Source of the DNA: Elusimicrobiota bacterium
GTDB taxonomy: Bacteria; Elusimicrobiota; Elusimicrobia; Elusimicrobiales; UBA9959
Assembly (NCBI GenBank): GCA_037137395.1
Contig: JBAXKK010000050.1
Span: 1 to 19,356, forward strand
Direction: 5' to 3'
DNA: 19,356 bases
Shown in pieces: positions 1-8,763 of the stretch. Below the pieces are notes generated by a model. That model was not told the origin of the DNA, searched no databases, and saw only the letters and a program-made list of their open reading frames with translations. How positions within the stretch are numbered: position 1 is the first letter of the stretch; every line of letters starts with the position of its first letter. The translations under genes were made by a program, and so were the position numbers.

Positions 1-228
1 AAGGTGGTAGTTGGCGCCCAGTTTATCCCCCCCGTCGAAACCGGTGATGGTCGCCAGATGTGTATGATCCATCTCGGCTTTCATGAATTTCATCAGTTCG
101 GGAATCCGGTCGGCGGGTATTTCAAACCATACGCGGTTCTTGCGTTGGATGGTCATCTCGGTTATGGCGGCCCCGAACTTCTCTTCCAGTTGCGCCTTAA
201 TTTTTTCTTCTTTTTCAAATTCGCTCAT
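1..228 (-). CDS. NuoC/EchD/MbhK-like (complex I 30 kDa family) subunit, runs off the window edge (partial)
   Basis: Not in the ORF track; translated by hand. ATG at 228, SD-like GAGG at 237-240, open to base 1: MSEFEKEEKIKAQLEEKFGAAITEMTIQRKNRVWFEIPADRIPELMKFMKAEMDHTHLATITGFDGGDKLGANYHL. The HL-x-TITGxD...YHL pattern and the position after the NuoB-like gene fit this family. Confidence 0.8.
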   Translation of the reverse strand, partial: MSEFEKEEKIKAQLEEKFGAAITEMTIQRKNRVWFEIPADRIPELMKFMKAEMDHTHLATITGFDGGDKLGANYHL

Positions 229-247
229 AAAATTAACCTCATAAACT

Positions 248-336
248 AGGGTGCAGGGGTTAGGGTTGAGGGTTGAGAGTTGAGCAAGAGATAAGGAACT
301 CCTTCCCTAAACCCTCTACCCTGAACCCTTTCCCCT
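248..336. repeat. Inverted heptamer tandem-repeat element (AGGGTTG-type left arm, CCCTNNA-type right arm)
   Basis: Left arm agggtgc aggggtt agggttg agggttg agagttg (248-282); right arm ccctaaa ccctcta ccctgaa ccctttc ccct (305-336); fills most of the intergenic gap. Confidence 0.8.
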
Positions 337-339
337 TCC

Positions 340-780
340 TTACTTAGAACTTGCTTCCAGGGCTCCCAGTAACTTAACCGCACCGTCAATGACAGCCTCA
401 GGTCTGACCGGGCAGCCCGGAATGTAGATCGAGACGGGTATGACCTTATCGATGCCGGAAACCACGCTGTAGCAGCCGTCGAAGACGCCGCCGGAGCAGG
501 CGCAGGTTCCTACGGCCATGACGAACTTTGGCTCCGGCATCTGCTCGTAAATCCTTTTGATGCGCTTAACCTGCTGGCGGGTCAGCGGCCCGCTGACTAC
601 CATTATGTCGGCGTGCCTTGGCGTCGGCTTTAACACCACGCCGAAGCGCTCCAGATCGTACTTGGGCGTCAAGGCGTCCACAATTTCTATATCGCAACCG
701 TTGCAGGCGCCTGTGTTAAAATGAAGTATCCAGGGGGATTTAAGTCTTGACCAGAGGATGATTTTGTCTTTGATTTTCAT
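340..780 (-). CDS. Group 4 hydrogenase small subunit / NuoB-like Fe-S protein
   Basis: 146 aa with TGACNGCDIE, YDLERFG, PRHAD, AVGTCACSGG and YIPGCP. The CxxC (CNGC) is typical of HycG/EchC/MbhJ rather than the CC of NuoB. Confidence 0.9.
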   Translation of the reverse strand: MKIKDKIILWSRLKSPWILHFNTGACNGCDIEIVDALTPKYDLERFGVVLKPTPRHADIMVVSGPLTRQQVKRIKRIYEQMPEPKFVMAVGTCACSGGVFDGCYSVVSGIDKVIPVSIYIPGCPVRPEAVIDGAVKLLGALEASSK

Positions 781-787
781 ATATTAA

Positions 788-1132
788 TCAACCCACGAAT
801 AAGATAGCCAATATGACCGCCACCGCCATCACATAGCCCGCCACCAGTTCCATTCCCGCGGCCGGCTGGGTAAGGCTCCAGGTAGCCAGCATCAGGCCGG
901 CCACGTGAAGCAAAGTGAAGAAGATTGCGAACGGGAAGAATTCCTGATAGTCCGGAATCACTTTTTCGGCCGGGATATCCTCGCCGCAGGCGTAAGGCTT
1001 GTTCTTGCCGGAGCCGGCTTCGGTTTTAGGGGAAGGGGCCCAGCCTGAAAAAAACTCAGACAGGCACAGCGCGAACAGAAGCACTATGATAAAGGTTACC
1101 GGCGGAAACATCAGCGCGGAGAAAATGTCCAT
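788..1132 (-). CDS. NuoA-like membrane subunit
   Basis: 114 aa, three hydrophobic segments, loop motif KNKPYACGE, then FFPFAIFF. Confidence 0.8.
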   Translation of the reverse strand: MDIFSALMFPPVTFIIVLLFALCLSEFFSGWAPSPKTEAGSGKNKPYACGEDIPAEKVIPDYQEFFPFAIFFTLLHVAGLMLATWSLTQPAAGMELVAGYVMAVAVILAILFVG

Positions 1133-1136
1133 AAGT

Positions 1137-1445
1137 TTAGCCTCTCAGCTTGTTTAGCGACCAGATATCTATTGAATTGGTCAGGCGGTAATTCTTAACC
1201 AGAAGCGACAGGCCAACAGCCACGACCACGACTTCAATCACTATCATCGTTATGATAAGGGCCTGGGCAAGCGCCAGGTTGCCGGTCAGCGAGCCCACCG
1301 AGATGACACCGAGCAGGCAGGACTTGGACATGATCTCAAGGCCTATGAACTGCCGAAGCAGATTGCGTGAGACGAGCATGCAGTACAGGCCCGCGGAAAA
1401 TATAAGAGTGATGAGAAACCAGTCGAGCGTGAAAGAGTTTATCAT
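1137..1445 (-). CDS. NuoK/MrpC-like membrane subunit
   Basis: Start reassigned to ATG 1445 (MINSFTLDWF..., 102 aa), which overlaps the upstream stop as ATGA. GLY...RNLLRQFIGLEIM and IEVVVVAVGL resemble NuoK. Confidence 0.82.
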   Translation of the reverse strand: MINSFTLDWFLITLIFSAGLYCMLVSRNLLRQFIGLEIMSKSCLLGVISVGSLTGNLALAQALIITMIVIEVVVVAVGLSLLVKNYRLTNSIDIWSLNKLRG

Positions 1446-1930
1446 TTTTGCTTTTTTCTCCTCGGGAAGATCGAATTGATAACAAATACCCCCGCGGCCA
1501 GTATTAAAATCTGGCCCAGGAGGTCGAATCTGCGTATGTCCCAAAGTATCGAACCCAGCGAATTGTCGCGGCCGCCTGGGAGAGCGCAGTTTTTCAGGGA
1601 GTCAAAGAAAGGGATGCCGTAGAACCAGGCCGCTACGGCCACTATCGCTATCACCAGCGGCATGGCGTAAAAGCGGGCGCGCAGATCTTTTACTTTGCTT
1701 TCCTCGTTGCGGATAAGGCTGACGGCGCTGACGAACAACACAGTGATAAGGCCCGCGCATACAGAGAGCTCAAAGACCGCGGCCCAGGGCGCTTGAAAAT
1801 CGAAGAGTATAAGCGATGCCCCGACGCTTACAAGGGCCAGCATAATAGCGCTCAGCAGCAGGCTTCGGGCCATAACGGCTGTCATTGCTGCCGCGGCGAC
1901 CAGGATGAAGAGCAGTGTGTGATAGGTCAT
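1442..1930 (-). CDS. NuoJ-like (MrpA C-terminal/MrpB-like) membrane subunit
   Basis: 162 aa hydrophobic; APWAAVFELSVCAGLITVLF and C-terminal LW..RRFDLLGQ; 4-nt overlaps with both neighbours. Confidence 0.78.
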   Translation of the reverse strand: MTYHTLLFILVAAAAMTAVMARSLLLSAIMLALVSVGASLILFDFQAPWAAVFELSVCAGLITVLFVSAVSLIRNEESKVKDLRARFYAMPLVIAIVAVAAWFYGIPFFDSLKNCALPGGRDNSLGSILWDIRRFDLLGQILILAAGVFVINSIFPRRKKQK

Positions 1931-3363
1931 AGTATAATCCTCGCTGCGATGGTCTCAACCAGGTAGGCGTAGATATAAGGAAAGAAAACTCCCAGGGCCA
2001 CGATAAACAGACACATGGCTACTACGGGGGCCAGCATTGCGGGCCTGACTTCGCGCGCGTTTTGCGAAGCCTCCGTGGGTTTGCCGAAGAAGATGTTTTT
2101 CTGCATTATCAGAAAATACGCCAGGGTGACTACGCTGAACAGGAGCGCCAAAACCGCGTAGGTCTTAGCCCCCCCGTCCCAGAGAGCGATGATGATTATC
2201 AGTTTGCTCCAGAATCCGGACAGCGGCGGTACGCCGGCCGTGGAAAGAAGCGCCACGATGGACGTCCAGGAAGTCCAGGGCATGGAGTGCTCCATGCCGC
2301 CGAGCTTGCTCATGTCGCTGGTGCCGGCGCCTTTCTCAAGGCTCGCGCTGTTAAGAAAAAGCACGGTCTTAAAGGTGGCGTGATTCACCAGATGGAAGAT
2401 GGCGCCAAGGATAGCCAGCGGCGTTCCCATGCCGGCCGCCAGGATGATGTATCCGATCTGGCTTATGCTGGAGAAAGCCAGCATCCTTTTGAATTCCTTC
2501 TGGCGCAGGGCGGCCAGCGCGCCGACAGCGATGGACAGCATGCCGAGGAACATCAGGATATCGGCGGTGTGGTAGGCCCTGATCTCGAAAAGCCTGAACA
2601 TTATGGAGATCTTTATAACGGCGTACACGCCGGAGATCTTGGTTACAATGCCGGCAAGATATGCCGAGACGGGCGCGTAGGCCCCCTCGTACGCGTCCGG
2701 CGTCCAGGTGTGGAAAGGAACAACGCCGGATTTAATCAGGAAGCCCAGCAGTATCAGCGAGACGGCAAAAACCACCGGGCCCACCGGCATACCGGAGGCG
2801 ATGATGATCTTTATGCTCTCAAAAGAGAATGTTCCCGCCGTCAGCATCAGGAAGGCGATGCCGAAAAGGATGAGCAGGGACGCCGGGAAGGTTAGCAGAA
2901 AATATTTGATGGCGCCCTCCAGGCCTTTAGCGCTGTCATCAGAAGTTATCATGGCGAAGGATGTTACCGCGAGGACTTCCACAAATATGTACAGCGTGAA
3001 GAAATCTCCGGTAGTTACGATGCCGCACATCGCCGCGACCGAGGTCATAATCAGCGAATAATACGGGACGCGGTTGACTGTCGAATCCTCGCCGATAAAA
3101 TAGGCGGAGAAGAAAGTGACGCACAGCGCGACCAGGTAGATTATAAAGATCATCAGAAGCGCGAAGCCGTCCTCGGGTACGCCGGCGAAAGAGTTGGCGA
3201 TATTGGCCGGGTTGAACAGGATGGCTCCGATGTTAATCAGGCCGGCCAGCAGCGTGACGTTTGCAAGGATGTCTGCCAGCTTGTGCCTGTTTCTGGCGGC
3301 GAAGGGTATGAGGACGGCCGTGAAAAGAGGTATCAGCAGATAAGCCAGGAGGCTCGTGGTCAT
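1927..3363 (-). CDS. Antiporter-like proton-translocating subunit (NuoN/MrpD/HyfB family)
   Basis: 478 aa multi-TM; EGAIKYF, KSGVVPFHTWTPDAY, KRMLAFSSISQIGYI, HLVNHATFK, GVPPLSGFWSK. Confidence 0.92.
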   Translation of the reverse strand: MTTSLLAYLLIPLFTAVLIPFAARNRHKLADILANVTLLAGLINIGAILFNPANIANSFAGVPEDGFALLMIFIIYLVALCVTFFSAYFIGEDSTVNRVPYYSLIMTSVAAMCGIVTTGDFFTLYIFVEVLAVTSFAMITSDDSAKGLEGAIKYFLLTFPASLLILFGIAFLMLTAGTFSFESIKIIIASGMPVGPVVFAVSLILLGFLIKSGVVPFHTWTPDAYEGAYAPVSAYLAGIVTKISGVYAVIKISIMFRLFEIRAYHTADILMFLGMLSIAVGALAALRQKEFKRMLAFSSISQIGYIILAAGMGTPLAILGAIFHLVNHATFKTVLFLNSASLEKGAGTSDMSKLGGMEHSMPWTSWTSIVALLSTAGVPPLSGFWSKLIIIIALWDGGAKTYAVLALLFSVVTLAYFLIMQKNIFFGKPTEASQNAREVRPAMLAPVVAMCLFIVALGVFFPYIYAYLVETIAARIIL

Positions 3364-5228
3364 TTAATTCCTCCGTAATTTGCGGTGAATATTATGTAGA
3401 CGGCGATGCCTGCTATGGTCAGGGCCATATAGAGCGGGTATGAGCCGGTGTGAAAGCGCTGAGAGGTCCTGGAAAAAGCGTTTGCCGCGAATGACGGCAG
3501 ATCGTCCGTCAGGTAATCGAAGAACCGGTCAATCTTATAAAGGATATTCGCCAGTGACGGCAGGCGCTTCATCAGCTGTTCGTAAGGGTCAAACACCCGC
3601 TGCTCCGCCATAGCGTAGATCTCTTTAAGGACAGGCGCGTAATGGATGTGATCTGAGGACTTGCTGGCGACGCCGGATGCCGCCGCGAGGCCGAACATAT
3701 GGTTGATCAGCGCTATCAGTATGACAACGATGGACGCCCAGAAGAGGCCGTTGAAATGAAAGCCGGCTATGGCTTCAGTATGCACAAGCCCCAGGTTTTG
3801 TAGAGAAGGATCTATCAGGAATTGCGCCGGCAGCCTGGCGCCGAAGCCGAAAGCCACGCAGATGCCGGCGAGGATAAGCATCGGCAGAAGGGCGGAGAAC
3901 GGGGCTTCGCGCGTGCTGTTGAGCGCTTCGGGGCGTTTGCCGAAAAAGACCGAGTGGCCCAGCTTCAGGAAAGAGGCCAGGGTCAGCACCGAGCCGAGTT
4001 CGGCCGCGATAAAGAATATTGTGTAGCCTGTGTTCAGCGTGCCCGCGTAGATCAATTCCTTCGAGAAGAAGCCGTTTAGCGGGGCGATGCCGGATATAGC
4101 CGCGGCCGCGATCATAAAGCAGACGGCCGTGACCGGCATGACTCCGAAAAGACCTCCCAGTTTTGAAAGGTCGTTGGACCCGGTCTGGCGCTCAACCGAT
4201 CCCGCCGTCATGAATAGGCAGGATTTATAGGTGGCGTGGTTTATCATGTGGAAGAGTCCGCCGGCGATGCCGATGGGGTTCAGTGTGCCTATACCGAGTA
4301 TCATGTAGCCGGTCTGGCTTACGGCGTGGTATGAGAGCAGGCGCTTATAGTCGCTCTGCACAAAGGCCATCATGACCGCGATGAGAATCGTCAGAGCGCC
4401 CAGGGTCATCAGGCCCAGCTGCGCAAATCCGTTAAGGGTGAATAAATATACGCTGATGCGCGTCAGAAAGTATATGCCCAGGAGCTTGTCCACGGCCGCC
4501 GGCACATAGGCCATGAAAGGCGCGCTGGAGTCCAGGGCCGCGTCAGGGATCCAGGTGTGGAACGGGATGGCTCCGGCTTTTGAGAGCGCGCCGATAAGCA
4601 TCAGCACGTAGCCGAGCGCCGCCCAGCCGTCCAGCGTGAGCTTGTTGAGGGAGATGTCCGCCATGCTCATGGTGCCGGCGATGTAGCCGGTGATGCAGAT
4701 ACCCGTAAGGAGACAAAGGTCGGTCACGCCATTGATTAGAAAAGCTTTCATAGCCGTTTTCTTGGCGTTCTGGCCGGACTGTGAGAGAGCTATGAAGGAG
4801 TATAGGAATATAAGCAGGCCTTCCCAGAAGAAAAGCATTGCTACCAGATTGTCGGCAAGGGCGGCGCCGGCGGAGAAGGAAGCCGTTATCAGCAGGTTGA
4901 AATAAAACCACCGGGCATTGCCTTTTTGTTTATAGCTGAACGAGTAGATAGCGATGACGAAGGAGAAGAGCGACAGCCCCAACAGCAGGAATGAGCTGAG
5001 CTTATCCGCCTTAAGGGTGAAGGCGATGCCTGAACCGGCCCAGGCCGAGGCGAACTCCATGGAAACCCCGAAAAGAGCCGCGGCGATAATCGAGACGGCG
5101 CTGAGGAGACAGATGCCGGTTACCGCTATAGTCAGTAACTCTTTTATATATCTGGTCTTTTCAGATATCAGTAAGATCAGGAGGGCTGAGGCTAAGGGTA
5201 AGATGATGGGGATCAGTATTGGGTTCAT
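3360..5228 (-). CDS. Antiporter-like subunit (NuoL/MrpA/HyfB family) with long C-terminal extension
   Basis: 622 aa; FFWEG, KAGAIPFHTWIPDA, KRLLSYHAVSQTGY, NHATYKSCLF, PLNGFFSKE; C-terminal amphipathic region plus terminal TM (FHTGSYPLY) as in NuoL. Confidence 0.92.
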   Translation of the reverse strand: MNPILIPIILPLASALLILLISEKTRYIKELLTIAVTGICLLSAVSIIAAALFGVSMEFASAWAGSGIAFTLKADKLSSFLLLGLSLFSFVIAIYSFSYKQKGNARWFYFNLLITASFSAGAALADNLVAMLFFWEGLLIFLYSFIALSQSGQNAKKTAMKAFLINGVTDLCLLTGICITGYIAGTMSMADISLNKLTLDGWAALGYVLMLIGALSKAGAIPFHTWIPDAALDSSAPFMAYVPAAVDKLLGIYFLTRISVYLFTLNGFAQLGLMTLGALTILIAVMMAFVQSDYKRLLSYHAVSQTGYMILGIGTLNPIGIAGGLFHMINHATYKSCLFMTAGSVERQTGSNDLSKLGGLFGVMPVTAVCFMIAAAAISGIAPLNGFFSKELIYAGTLNTGYTIFFIAAELGSVLTLASFLKLGHSVFFGKRPEALNSTREAPFSALLPMLILAGICVAFGFGARLPAQFLIDPSLQNLGLVHTEAIAGFHFNGLFWASIVVILIALINHMFGLAAASGVASKSSDHIHYAPVLKEIYAMAEQRVFDPYEQLMKRLPSLANILYKIDRFFDYLTDDLPSFAANAFSRTSQRFHTGSYPLYMALTIAGIAVYIIFTANYGGIK

Positions 5229-5276
5229 TAGAAGTTGACCTGCTTATTAGATGATGTCATTTTTTATTGCGCTTGA

Positions 5277-6722
5277 TTATTGAATCGTGTCGCTCAACCC
5301 CACGCTTAATTGCGTGGTCAGCATATCAACATATGAGGACGGATAATAAATAAGTGCGCCGAGGGCCAAGCCTATGATGGCAAGGGCCATAACGCTGGCC
5401 ACCATGACGCGCGATCCTTCCCGCGGGTTCGTTTCTTTATCTTCTCCGAGAAAGATCATATAGAAAAGGCGAACGAGATATAAAAGCGTCATTATCGCGC
5501 CGGCCAGGAACATCATCAGCACCAATATGCTGCCGTTCTGTGCCGCGCCTTTGAAGACCAGAAATTTGCTGAAGAATCCGCCGAACGGCGGTATGCCCAT
5601 TACGGACAATGAGCACAAGGCAAAGGCGATGGCGGTCCATGGCATAGTTTTGATGAGGCCGCCCATTCTGGTTATGTCTTTGGTGTGCGTGTTCTGTTCC
5701 ACTATGCCTGCGCACAGGAATAATCCGCCCTTGGCGACGCTGTGCATCAGGATATAAAGTAGCGCTCCGGCGAAAGCGGTTTTGTTGCCCGAAGCCAGGC
5801 CCAGGAAAATAAAGCCGATCTGACTCACGGTGGAGTAGGCTATGATCCGCTTAATATCCTTCTCTATGAGCGCCGCTCCAGCCGCGACCAGGGCGCTTAA
5901 GCCGGCAATGATCAATACTGCTTGCGAAAAAACCGGGTCGACCACGAAGGTGGCGCCGAACAGGCGCGCGTAGGCGTAGACGCCGATCTTGACCAGCACG
6001 GCTGCGTGCAGAAGCGAGGTTACGGTGGACGGGGCGACGCCGGCGTCCGGGAGCCAGGTCGAGAACGGCAGGGTGGCTGATTTAGCCAGAATGCCGATAA
6101 GTATGAGCACCGCGGCCGTAAGGGCGATAGGCTCGCCGTGTAGAAGCCTCAGGTCCAGCGTGCCCTTGTCAAAATAGATTATCAGAATGCCGATAAGCAT
6201 GCAGAGCGCTCCAAAAACGGTCACAAGAATCGTCTTGTTGGCTTTGGAGACGTCCCTGTCAGAACGGAAAAAACCCACCAGTCGCCAGCTGGCGAAGCCG
6301 GTCATTTCCCAGAACACATACATCCATATAAGGTTGGCGGAGAAGACCAAGCCCATCATGGAGCCGAGGAACAGGACCACCATGGCGTAATACTCGGTCT
6401 GGTTGTCGTAATGCGAGATATAATCCACGGAATAGATAAGGATTATGGCGCTGACGAAAGAAGAAATGACGGCCATGAAGACCGAAAGCAGATCCGCGCT
6501 GAGCACAAAATCAAAGCCCAGCGGGAAGCTTAAGGAATAGGTCGCGGTCAGGCCGGTTAATATTTGCGGAATCATTAAGGCGGCGGCGGCGAAGGTCACA
6601 AGTCCAAGCGCGACGGCGTACGCGTTGCGGGCTTTGACAGATATTTTAGCGGCTACGGGGACTAGAAGCGAGCCTATTATCGGTGCTGCTACTGCGATTT
6701 TTAGTGTGGTGACTAGGTCCAT
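5277..6722 (-). CDS. Antiporter-like subunit (NuoL/MrpA-type core), first gene of the operon
   Basis: 481 aa; VFWEMTGFASW, KSATLPFSTWLPDAGVAPSTVTSLLHAA, KRIIAYSTVSQIG, GIPPFGGFFSK. Confidence 0.92.
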   Translation of the reverse strand: MDLVTTLKIAVAAPIIGSLLVPVAAKISVKARNAYAVALGLVTFAAAALMIPQILTGLTATYSLSFPLGFDFVLSADLLSVFMAVISSFVSAIILIYSVDYISHYDNQTEYYAMVVLFLGSMMGLVFSANLIWMYVFWEMTGFASWRLVGFFRSDRDVSKANKTILVTVFGALCMLIGILIIYFDKGTLDLRLLHGEPIALTAAVLILIGILAKSATLPFSTWLPDAGVAPSTVTSLLHAAVLVKIGVYAYARLFGATFVVDPVFSQAVLIIAGLSALVAAGAALIEKDIKRIIAYSTVSQIGFIFLGLASGNKTAFAGALLYILMHSVAKGGLFLCAGIVEQNTHTKDITRMGGLIKTMPWTAIAFALCSLSVMGIPPFGGFFSKFLVFKGAAQNGSILVLMMFLAGAIMTLLYLVRLFYMIFLGEDKETNPREGSRVMVASVMALAIIGLALGALIYYPSSYVDMLTTQLSVGLSDTIQ

Positions 6723-6728
6723 AGATTA

Positions 6729-6734
6729 ATTATA
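6729..6734 (-). promoter_or_regulatory. Candidate sigma70 -10 box (TATAAT) 6 nt upstream of the operon start codon
   Basis: Minus strand reads ttgTATAATtaatctATG in an AT-rich region; no convincing -35. Confidence 0.4.
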
Positions 6735-6818
6735 CAAAAAACAGAAACATCTCCTTGGATAATATATCTAATAACATTCATTAGCAAAACTTATGTCCAT
6801 GGTACGGCTGATTCGTTT

Positions 6819-6933
6819 GCCATAAGCTTTAGGCCATAAGCCACAGGCAGATTTGCTGCCATAAATTATAAGGAAACTCCTAAAAAGTCTATGGCTTACG
6901 GCCTATGGCGCGGCTGGAACAGCCGCTTATGGC
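6819..6933. repeat. Inverted heptamer repeat element (GCCATAR / YTATGGC family)
   Basis: gccataa gctttag gccataa gccacag (6819-6846) ... gtctatg gcttacg gcctatg (6887-6907), then the hairpin gcggctggaacagccgc (6910-6926) and ttatggc. Confidence 0.8.
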
Positions 6934-6936
6934 ACC

Positions 6937-6961
6937 AATCATAGCACTGCGCGCTATGATT
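6937..6961 (-). terminator. Hairpin at the carboxyltransferase stop (possible terminator or mRNA-stabilising stem)
   Basis: Perfect 9-bp inverted repeat aatcatagc...gctatgatt; no U-tract, so weak as an intrinsic terminator. Confidence 0.3.
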
Positions 6962-8594
6962 ACAGCGGTATATTCCCCGTGTGCGCGTGAGAGCCGGGCC
7001 TGCGCTTGCCCGCCAGCATGCGGAACGCGGTTATAAGGCGCAGGCGCGCGGTGGCCGGTTCAATAATCTCGTCCAGTGATCCAGTGGAAGCCGTTTGATA
7101 GGGCGAAGCGAACTTGTCTGAGTACTCTTTGGCCAGCTTCGCTCGCAGCGCTTCCCGGTCCTCTTCTTTGGCTTCCTTTATCTGCCGGGAGTAGAGGATC
7201 TCCACGGCGCCCCTCGGGCCCATGACGGCTATTTCTGCTGACGGGAGAGAAAAATTCAGATCGCCTTTCATCAGTTTGGAACTCATGGCGATATAGGCTC
7301 CGCCGTAAGCCTTTCTGAGCACGAGCGTCACTTTAGGAACGCTGGCTTCGGAATAGGCGTAAAGGAGTTTTGCGCCGTGACGGATTATTCCGCCGTGTTC
7401 CTGGGCCACGCCCGGCCAATAACCTGGCACATCCACTAGTGTTAATATGGGTATATTAAAGTTATTTAAAAACCTGACGAAGCGGGCTGCCTTGTCGCTT
7501 GCGTTGATGTCCAGGGCGCCGGCCATATGCGCGGGGTTGTTGGCTATTACTCCCACCACAGCTCCTCCAAGACGCATGAAGCCTGTGACGATATTCTTGG
7601 CGAAATCGTGGTGCACTTCAAGGAACCTGTGGTCGTCGGAAAGCCACCAGACGATGTGATGGACGCGGTAAGGCTTGCGGGGATCCACTTCGCAAAGCTT
7701 TTCAAGAAGCGGGATCTTGCGGTCGATCGGATCATTGGTTTCATGGGCGGGCGGGGCCTCGTAGCGGCTGGCGGGCAGGAAGCTGAGCAGTTCTTTCAGC
7801 TGGCGGAAGCAGTCAGGCTCCGAATTAGCCACAAAATGGCAGACGCCGGATTTTGAGGCGTGGGTCATAGATCCGCCCAGGGTCTCAAAATCCACTGATT
7901 CTCCGGTCGCGGCTTTCACGACTTCGGGACCGGTGACGAACATGTGGCTGATGCCCTTGACCATGAAAACGAAGTCAGTAAGCGCTGGCGAATAGACCGC
8001 GCCGCCGGCACAGGGGCCGACTATAATCGAGATTTGCGGGATGACGCCTGAAGACTTGGTGTTGCGGTAGAAGATCTCGCCGTAGCCGTCGAGGCTGTCC
8101 ACGCCCTCCTGGATGCGGGCGCCGCCGGAATCCAGAATGCCGATTACCGGCATACGGGCTTCAAGCGCCATATCCATAATGTTGGCGATCTTGTCGGCGT
8201 GCGTGCGGCCCAGAGATCCGCCCAGCTGGGTGAAGTCTTCCGAGAAAAGCGCTATCGGGCGTCCGTTTACCCGTCCGAAGCCGGTTACTACTCCGTCGCC
8301 TTTAATGTGTTTATCCTTGATACCGAAATCAGTGCAGCGCGATTCCATCAGCAGGCCTATCTCCTGGAAGGAACCCTCGTCTACCAGATAATTTATGCGC
8401 TCCCTGGCGGTGAGCTTTCCCTTCTTTTTCTGGGCTTCTATCTTGTCTGGCGAGCCGCCGGCTGCCGCAAGCGCTGTCAGCTCCCTGAATTTCTTTAGGG
8501 ATTCCGGGACCACTCTGATTTTCTTCGGGTGGCTTTTTTGGCCGGCCGCTTGCGCGCTCGCGCCGCTTATCGGGTCATCCATTAAATCGGACAT
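6960..8594 (-). CDS. Acyl-CoA carboxylase carboxyltransferase subunit (PccB/AccD/MmdA family)
   Basis: 544 aa; KGKLTARERI, GDGVVTGFG, DSGGARIQEG, GPCAGGAVYSPALTDF, VDVPGY, IIRHGAKLLYAY, RKAYGGAY, C-terminal GNIPL; SD GGAG at 8602-8605. Confidence 0.95.
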   Translation of the reverse strand: MSDLMDDPISGASAQAAGQKSHPKKIRVVPESLKKFRELTALAAAGGSPDKIEAQKKKGKLTARERINYLVDEGSFQEIGLLMESRCTDFGIKDKHIKGDGVVTGFGRVNGRPIALFSEDFTQLGGSLGRTHADKIANIMDMALEARMPVIGILDSGGARIQEGVDSLDGYGEIFYRNTKSSGVIPQISIIVGPCAGGAVYSPALTDFVFMVKGISHMFVTGPEVVKAATGESVDFETLGGSMTHASKSGVCHFVANSEPDCFRQLKELLSFLPASRYEAPPAHETNDPIDRKIPLLEKLCEVDPRKPYRVHHIVWWLSDDHRFLEVHHDFAKNIVTGFMRLGGAVVGVIANNPAHMAGALDINASDKAARFVRFLNNFNIPILTLVDVPGYWPGVAQEHGGIIRHGAKLLYAYSEASVPKVTLVLRKAYGGAYIAMSSKLMKGDLNFSLPSAEIAVMGPRGAVEILYSRQIKEAKEEDREALRAKLAKEYSDKFASPYQTASTGSLDEIIEPATARLRLITAFRMLAGKRRPGSHAHTGNIPL

Positions 8595-8644
8595 AGTTGA
8601 TCTCCATGATACAGGTTATCGTTTGCCATTTGGGCGTCGCGCCC

Positions 8645-8673
8645 GCCATAGGCCATAAGCCATAGGCCGTAGC
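8645..8673. repeat. Single arm of GCCATAR heptamer tandem repeat
   Basis: gccatag gccataa gccatag gccgtag c; same family as 6819-6933. Confidence 0.75.
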
Positions 8674-8763
8674 AGATACGGAAGTGACTTTTAAAAGATA
8701 GTTTTATTTTAGCAAGTTTGAAGGGGCTTGTCCGCTTTTCCGCCGAAGGTGGATCCGCCGGTC

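Noticed and set aside
27..33. C7 homopolymer as a possible frameshift
   Set aside because: Counting shows the frame is intact (GAC GGG GGG GAT AAA).
4..249. 81-aa plus-strand ORF
   Set aside because: Antisense to the NuoC-like gene (1-228, minus), which has an SD and operon context.
248..336. Telomere-like (TTAGGG) or CRISPR interpretation of the short repeats
   Set aside because: Only one TTAGGG is present and the period is 7; there are no constant 23-47-nt repeats with unique spacers and no cas genes.
1446..1544. N-terminal extension of the NuoK-like ORF
   Set aside because: Overlaps the NuoJ-like gene; the ATGA-coupled start at 1445 gives the expected ~100 aa.
2062..2895. 277-aa plus-strand ORF and the many other plus-strand or alternative-frame ORFs
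   Set aside because: They overlap well-supported minus-strand genes and have no recognisable motifs; expected shadow ORFs in GC-rich DNA.
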